Program-made: the position numbers and the translations under genes
Origin: the human T2T-CHM13v2.0 reference genome, Homo sapiens
Strand: one strand, 5' to 3'
Assembly (NCBI RefSeq): GCF_009914755.1
Contig: NC_060933.1
Length of the DNA: 64,000 nucleotides
Notes under the pieces: generated by a model
Database searches by the model: none
What the model was told of the DNA's origin: nothing
The model's input: only the letters and a program-made list of their open reading frames with translations
Part shown: one piece after another, positions 56,591 through 64,000 of the stretch
Layout of the letters: each line of letters opens with the position of its first letter
How positions within the stretch are numbered: position 1 is the stretch's first letter

Positions 56591-59500
56591 TTGCATTTCA
56601 TTCCATTAAATTCCATTCCATTCCATTCCGGAAGGTTCCATTCCATTGCATTCCATTCCATTCCATTCCCCTGCACTCGCATTGATTCCATTCCATTCCA
56701 TTCCATTCCATTCCGTTCCGTTCCATTCCATTCCATTCCATTCCATTCCATTCCGTTCCATTCCATTCCATTCCATTCTATTCGGGTTAATTCCATTCCA
56801 TTCCATTCGATTGCAATCGAGTTGATTCCTTTCCATTCCATTCCATTCCATTCCATTCCATTCCTTTCCATTCCATTACGGATGATTCCATTCCATTGCA
56901 TTCCATTCCATTCCATTCCCCTGTACTCGGGTTGATTCCATTCCATTCCATTCCAGTCCATGCCATTACATTCCATTCCGGATGATTCCATTCCATTGCA
57001 TTCCATTCCATTCCATTCCCCTGCACTCGGGTTGATTCCATTCCATTCCACTCCATTCCGTTCCATTCCATTCCATTCCATTGTATTGGGGTTAATTCCA
57101 TTCCATTCCATTCCATTCCATTCAATTCCATTGCAATCGAGTTGATTCCATTCCATTCCATTCCATTCCATTACATTCCATTCCATTACATTCCATTCCG
57201 GATGATTCCATTCCATTGCATTCCATTCCATTCCATTCCCCTGCACTCGGGTTGATTCCATTCCATTCCATTCCATTCCATTCCATTCCATTACAATCGA
57301 GTTGATTCCATTCCATTCCATTCCATTCCAGTCTTTCCATTCCATTCCACTCGGGTTGATTCCATTCTATTAGTTTCCATTCCATTCCATTCCCTTCCAT
57401 TCCACTCTGGTTGATACCATTCCTTTCCATTCCACTCGAATACATTCCCTCCTACTCCACTCGGAACGATTCCATTCCATTCCATTCCATTCCAATCCAT
57501 TCCATTTCGTTCCATTCCATTCTATTCCGTATCATTCCATTCCATTCCATTCCATTCCATTCCATTCCATTCCATTCCATTGTACTCGGGTTGATTCAAT
57601 TCCATTGCATTCCATTCCATTCCATTCCATTCCATTCCATTCCATTCCATTCCATTCCGTTGCATTCCATTCCATTACATTCGGATTGATTCTATTCAAC
57701 TCCCTTACTCTCCATTACATTCCATTCCATTCGGGTTGTTCCATTCCATTCCATTCCATTCCATTCCACTCCATTCTATTGCACTTGGGTTGATTCCATT
57801 CCATTCCATTCCATTCCATTCCATTCCATTCCGTTCTGGATGATTGCATTCCATTGCATTCGGTTCCATTACATTCCCCTGCACTCGGGTTGATTCCATT
57901 CCATTGCATTCCATTCCATTCCATTCCATTCCATTCCATTCCATTCCGTTCCATTCCATTACATTCGGATTGATTCTATTCAACTCCCTTACTCTCCATT
58001 ACATTCCATTCCATTCGGGTTGTTCCATTCCATTCCATTCCATTCCACTCCATTCCATTGCGCTCGGGTTGATTCCATTCCATTCCATTCCATTCCATTC
58101 CATTCCGGATGATTCCATTCCATTGCATTCCGTTCCATTACATTCCCCTGCACTCGGGTTGATTCCATTCCATTCCTTTCCATTCCATTCGATTCCATTC
58201 CATTCCAATTCTTTCCATTCCATTCTATTCCGTACCATTCCATTCCATTCCATACAATTCCATTCCATTCCATTCCACTCCGTTCCGTTCCGTTCCGTTC
58301 TGTTCCGTTCAATTCCATTCCATTCCATTCTATTCGGTTTAATTACATTCCATTCCATTCCATTCCATTCCATTCCATTCTATTCCATTCCATTGCAATC
58401 GAGTTGAATCCATTGCATTCCATTCCATTCCATTGCATTCCATTCCATTCCATTCCGGAAGATTCCATTCCATTGCATTCCATTCCATTCCATTCCATTC
58501 CATTCCATTCCATTCCATTCCATTCCATTGTACTCGGGTTGATTCCATTCCATTGCATTCCATTCCATTCCATTCCATTCCATTCCATTCCCTTCCATTC
58601 CACTCTGGTTGATTCCATTCCTTTCCATTCCACTCGAATACATTCCCTCCTATTCCACTCGGAACGATTCCATTCCATTCCATTCCATTCCATTCCATTC
58701 CATTCCATTCCATTTCGTTCCATTACATTCTATTCCGTATCATTCCATTCCATTCCATTCCATTCCATTCCATTCCATTCCATTCCATTGTACTGGTGTT
58801 GATTCCATTCCATTGCATTCCATTCCATTCCATTCCATTCCATTCCGTTGCATTCCATTCCATTACATTCGGATTGATTCTATTCAACTCCCTTACTCTC
58901 CATTACATTGCATTCCATTAGGGTTGTTCCATTCCATTCCATTACATTCCACTCCATTCCATTGCACTCGGGTTGATTCCATTCCATTCCATTCCATTCC
59001 ATTCCATTCCATTCCATTCCGGATGATTCCATTCCATTGCATTCCGTTCCATTACATTCCCCTGCACTCGCGTTGATTCCATTCCATTCCATTCCATTCC
59101 ATTCAATTCCATTCCATTACAATTCGTTCCATTCCATTCTATTCCGTACCATTCCATTCCATTCCATACCATTCCATTCCATTCCATTCCATTCCATTCC
59201 ATTCCGTTCCATTCCGTTCCATTCCATTCCATTCCATTCTATTCGGATTAATTCCATTCCATTCCATTCCATTACATTCTAATCCATTCCATTGAAATCG
59301 AGTTGAATCCATTGCATTTCATTCCATTCCATTCCATTCCATTCCATTCCGGAAGATTCCATTCCATTGCATTCCATTCCATTCAATTCCCCTGCACTCG
59401 CGTTGATTCCATTCCATTCCATTCCATTCCGTTCCATTCCATTCCATTCCATTCCATTCCATTCCATTCCGTTCCGTTCCATTCCATTCCATTCCATTCT

Positions 59501-60548
59501 ATTCGGGTTAATTCCATTCCATTCCATTCGATTGCAATCGAGTTGATTCCATTCCATTCCATTCCATTCCATTCCATTCCATTCCATTTCGTTCCATTCC
59601 ATTCTATTCCGTATCATTCCATTCCATTCCATTCGATTCCATTCCATTCCATTCCATTCCATTCCATTCCATTGTACTCGGGTTGATTCAATTCCATTGC
59701 ATTCCATTCCATTCCATTCCATTCCATTCCATTCCATTCCGTTGAATTCCATTCCATTACATTCGGATTGATTCTATACAACTCCCTTAGTCTCCGTTAC
59801 ATTCCATTGCACTCGGGTTGATTCCATTCCATTCCATTACATTCCATTCCATTCCATTCCATTCCGGATGATTCCATTCCATTGCATTCCGTTCCATTAC
59901 ATTCCCTTGCACTCGCGTTAATTCCATTCCATTCCATTCCATTCCATTCAATTCCATTCCATTACAATTCGTTCCATTCCATTCTATTCCGTACCATTCC
60001 ATTCCATTCCATACCATTCCATTCCATTCCATTCCATTCCATTCCATTCCTTTCCATTCCGTTCCATTCCATTCCATTCCATTCTATTCGGATTAATTCC
60101 ATTCCATTCCATTTCATTCCATTCTATTCCATTCCATTGCAATCGAGTTGAATCCATTGCATTTCATTCCATTCCATTTCATTCCATTCCATTCCGGAAG
60201 ATTCCATTCCATTCCATTCCATTCCATTCCATTCCCCTACAGTCGCGTTGATTCCATTCCATTCCATTCCATTCCATTCCATTCCATTCCGTTCCGTTCC
60301 ATTCCATTCCATTCCATTCCATTTCATTCCGTTCCGTTCCATTCCATTCCATTCCATTCCATTCTATTCAGGTTAATTCCATTCCATTCCATTCGATTGT
60401 AATCGAGTTGACTCCATTCCATTCCATTCCATTCCATTCCATTCCATTCCATTCCATTCCTTTCCATTCCATTACGGATGATTCCATTCCATTGCATTCC
60501 ATTGCATTCCATTCCCCTGTACTCGGGTTGATTCCATTCCATTCCATT

Positions 60549-62640
60549 CGAATCCATGCCATTCCACTCGTGTTGATTCCATTCTTTCCATTCCATTCAA
60601 GTTGAATCCATTCCATTGCATTCCATTCCATTCGATTCCATTCTATTGCACTCGGGTTGATTCAATTCCATTGCATTCCATTCCATTCCATTCCGTTGCA
60701 TTCCATTCCATTACATTCGGATTGATTCTATTCAACTCCCTTACTCTCCATTACATTCCATTCCATTCGGGTTGTTCCATTCCATTCCATTGCACTCCAT
60801 TCCATTGCACTCGGGTTGATTCCATTCCATTCCATTCCATTCCATTCCATTCCGGATGATTCCATTCCATTACATTCCGTTCCATTACATTCCCCTGCAC
60901 TCGCGTTGATTCCATTCCATTCCATTCCATTCCATTCAATTCCATTCCATTACAATTCGTTCCATTCCATTCTATTCCGTACCATTCCATTCCATTCCAT
61001 ACCATTCCATTCCATTCCATTCCATTCCATTCCATTCCGTTCCATTCCATTCCATTCCATTCTATTCGGGTTAATTCCATTCCATTCCATTCCATTCCAT
61101 TCCATTCCATTCCATTCCATTCTATTCCATTCCATTGCAATCGAGTTGAATCCATTGCATTTCATTCCATTCCATTCCATTCCATTCCATTCCGGAAGAT
61201 TCCATTCCATTGCATTCCATTCCATTCCATTCCCCTGCACTCGCGTTGATTCCATTCCATTCCATTCCATTCCATTCCATCCATTCCATTCCGTTCTGTT
61301 CCATTCCATTCCATTCCATTCCATTCCATTCCGTTCCGTTCCATTCCATTCCACTCCATTCTATTCGGGTTAATTCCATTCCATTCCATTCGATTGCAAT
61401 CGACTTGATTCCATTCCATTCCATTCCATTCCATTCCATTCCATTCCATTCCTTTCCATTCCATTACGGATGATTCCATTCCATTGCATTCCATTCCATT
61501 CCATTCCCCTGTACTCGGGTTGATTCCATTCCATTCCATTCCAATCCACGCCATTCCACTCGTGTTGATTCCATTCTTTCCATTCCATTCAAGTTGAATC
61601 CATTCCATTGCATTCTATTCCATTCGATTCCATTCGATTGCACTCAGGTTGATTCAATTCCATTGCATTCCATTCCATTCCATTCCATTCCATTCCGTTG
61701 CATTCCATTCCATTACATTCCGATTGATTCTATTCAACTCCCTTACTCTCCATTACATTCCATTCCATTCGAGTTGTTCCATTCCATTCCATTCCATTGC
61801 ACTCCATTCCATTGCACTCGGGTTGATTCCATTCCATTCCATTCCATTCCATTCCATTCCGGATGATTCCATTCCATTACATTCCGTTCCATTACATTCC
61901 CCTGCACTCGCGTTGATTCCATTCCATTCCATTCCATTCCATTCAATTCCATTCCATTACAATTCGTTCCATTCCATTCTATTCCGTACCATTCCATTCC
62001 ATTCCATACCATTCCATTCCATTCCATTCCATTCCATTCCATTCCATTCCGTTCCATTCCATTCCATTCCATTCTATTCGGGTTAATTCCATTCCATTCC
62101 ATTCCATTCCATTCCATTCCATTCCATTCTATTCCATTCCATTGCAATCGAGTTGAATCCATTGCATTTCATTCCATTCCATTCCATTCAATTCCATTCC
62201 GGAACATTCCATTCCATTGCATTCCATTCCATTCCATTCCCCTGCACTCGCGTTGATTCCATTCCATTCCATTCCATTCCATTCCATCCATTCCATTCCG
62301 TTCTGTTCCATTCCATTCCATTCCATTCCATTCCGTTCCGTTCCATTCCATTCCACTCCATTCTATTCGGGTTAATTCCATTCCATTCCATTCGATTGCA
62401 ATCGAGTTGATTCCATTCCACTCCATTCCATTCCATTCCATTCCATTCCATTCCATTCCTTTCCATTCCATTACGGATGATTCCATTCCATTGCATTCCA
62501 TTCCATTCCATTCCCCTGTACTCGGGTTGATTCCATTCCATTCCATTCCAATCCACGCCATTCCACTCGTGTTGATTCCATTCTTTCCATTCCATTCAAG
62601 TTGAATCCATTCCATTGCATTCTATTGCATTCGATTCCAT
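60549..62640 (+). repeat. Tandem pair with ~1.0 kb period; a third copy lies at ~48240-49320
   Basis: Shared variants: CCATTGCACTCC (~60787/61794), CCATCCATTCCATTCCGTTCTGTT (~61277/62284/48980), ATCCACGCC (~61544/62551) and GCATTCTATT. Confidence 0.85.
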
Positions 62641-64000
62641 TCGATTGCACTCGGGTTGATTCCATTCCATTGCATTCCATTCCATTCCATTCCATTCCAT
62701 TCCATTCCGTTCCATTCCATTCCATTACATTCGGATTGATTCTATTCAATTCCCTTACACTCCATTACATTCCATTCCATTCGGGTAGTTTCCATTCCAT
62801 TCCATTCCATTCCTCTCCATTCCATTGCACTCGGGTTGATTCCATTCCATTGCATTCCATTCCATTCCATTCCATTCCATTCCATTCCATTCCATTCCAT
62901 TACATTCGGATTGATTCTATTCAACTCCCTTACTCTCCATTACATTCCATTCCATTCGGGTTGTTCCATTCCATTCCATTCCATTCCACTCCATTCCATT
63001 GCACTCGGGTTGATTCCATTCCATTCCATTCCATTCCATTCCATTCCATTCCATTCCATTCCGTTCCATTCCGTTCCATTCCATTCCATTCCATTCTATT
63101 CGGATTAATTCCATTCCATTCCATTCCGTTCCATTCTATTCCATTCCATTGCAATTGAGTTGAATCCATTGCATTTCATTCCATTCCATTCAATTCCATT
63201 CCATTCCGGAAGATTGCATTCCATTGCATTCCATTCCTTTCCATTCCCCTGCACTCGCGTTGATTCCATTCCATTCCATTCCATTCCATTCCACTCCTTT
63301 CCGTTCCGTTCCATTCCATTCCATTCCATTCCATTCCATTCCGTTCCGTTCCATTCCATTCCATTCCATTCTATTCGGGTTAATTCCATTCCATTCCATT
63401 CGATTGCAATCGAGTTGATTCCATTCCATTCCATTCCATTCCATTCCATTCCATTCCTTTGCATTCCATTACGGATGATTCCATTCAATTGGATTCCATT
63501 CCATTCCATTCCCCTGTACTCGGGTTGATTCCATTCCATTCCATTCCAATCCATGCCATTCCACTCGTGTTGATTCCATTATTTCCTTTCCATTCAAGTT
63601 GAATCCATTCCATTGCATTCCATTCCATTCGATTCCATTCTATTGCACTCGGGTTGATTCCATTCCATTGCATTCCATTCCATTCCATTCCATTCCATTC
63701 CATTCCATTCCGTTCCATTCCATTCCATTACATTCGGATTGATTCTATTCCATTCCCTTACACTCCATTACATTCCATTCCATTCGGGTAGTTTCCATTC
63801 CATTCCATTCCATTCCTCTCCATTCCATTGCACTCGGGTTGATTCCATTCCATTGCATTCCATTCCATTCCATTCCATTCCATTCCGTTCCATTCCATTC
63901 CATTACATTCGGATTGATTCTATTCAACTCCCTTACTCTCCATTACATTCCATTCCATTCGGGTTGTTCCATTCCACTCCATTCCATTGCACTCGTGTTG

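Larger units (their letters stand above)
1..64000 (+). repeat. Satellite III (HSat3) array, (CATTC)n on + / (GGAAT)n on -, extending beyond both window edges
   Basis: Every line is built from ATTCC pentamers with in-phase interspersed ACTCGGGTTG decamers (e.g. 29-38, 358-367), the classical Sat III signature. The ATGATG-spaced CATTCGATTC pattern of HSat2 is absent. Abundant ACTCGGGTTG suggests the HSat3B group, but subfamily, chromosome and species (human vs ape) cannot be fixed without alignment. Confidence 0.97.

Noticed and set aside
105-63927. Hundreds of ORFs (MEWNG / FHSIP repeats) in all six frames, up to 472 aa
   Set aside because: A 5-bp repeat without stop codons yields the same 5-aa cycle in every frame on each strand. 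The ORFs overlap everywhere, have no domain content, and length changes occur in multiples of 5 rather than 3.
1-64000. CRISPR-like alternation of repeats and spacers
   Set aside because: The interspersed words are themselves highly repeated and short, the intervening DNA is variable-length CATTC, and there are no unique spacers, leader or cas genes.
1-64000. HSat2 or alpha-satellite assignment
   Set aside because: CATTCGATTC occurs only sporadically, the ATGATG spacing of HSat2 is absent and the 5-bp register is kept. I see no 171-bp monomer or CENP-B box.
1-64000. A single regular higher-order repeat (e.g. DYZ1-like ~3.6 kb or a strict 1.8 kb unit)
   Set aside because: Hub spacings vary from ~0.3 to ~3.6 kb and duplication offsets are irregular. 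Only partial ~1.8 kb cycles are present.
1-64000. G-quadruplex or telomeric repeat on the minus strand
   Set aside because: G-runs are mostly GG with isolated GGG/GGGG far apart, and there is no TTAGGG tract (only a lone match near 58918).
1-64000. Specific chromosome or HSat3 subfamily number
   Set aside because: This cannot be supported by eye. It needs k-mer classification or alignment to a T2T assembly.

Overview
The whole 64 kb window is one uninterrupted, single-orientation array of classical satellite III (HSat3; human or great-ape pericentromeric/acrocentric heterochromatin). The + strand is (CATTC)n, the - strand is (GGAAT)n, and the array is punctuated by the diagnostic decamer ACTCGGGTTG (= CAACCCGAGT) and its variants. 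I see no genes, RNA genes, transposon insertions, CRISPR arrays or unique sequence, and every ORF in the track is a pentamer artefact (MEWNG / FHSIP). I cannot support a new gene system here. The array does have hidden structure. (1) About 43 in-register perfect heat-shock elements (nTTCnnGAAnnTTCn) occur roughly every 1.5 kb. (2) A perfect 14-bp palindrome, TCGATTGCAATCGA, recurs in most cycles. (3) Landmark words follow a branching order that gives ~0.85, ~1.0 and ~1.8 kb cycles rather than one clean higher-order repeat. (4) The pentamer register shifts about 113 times, always in the same direction. (5) Nested tandem and dispersed duplications define sub-domains with private variants. All counts and offsets were read by eye and are approximate.
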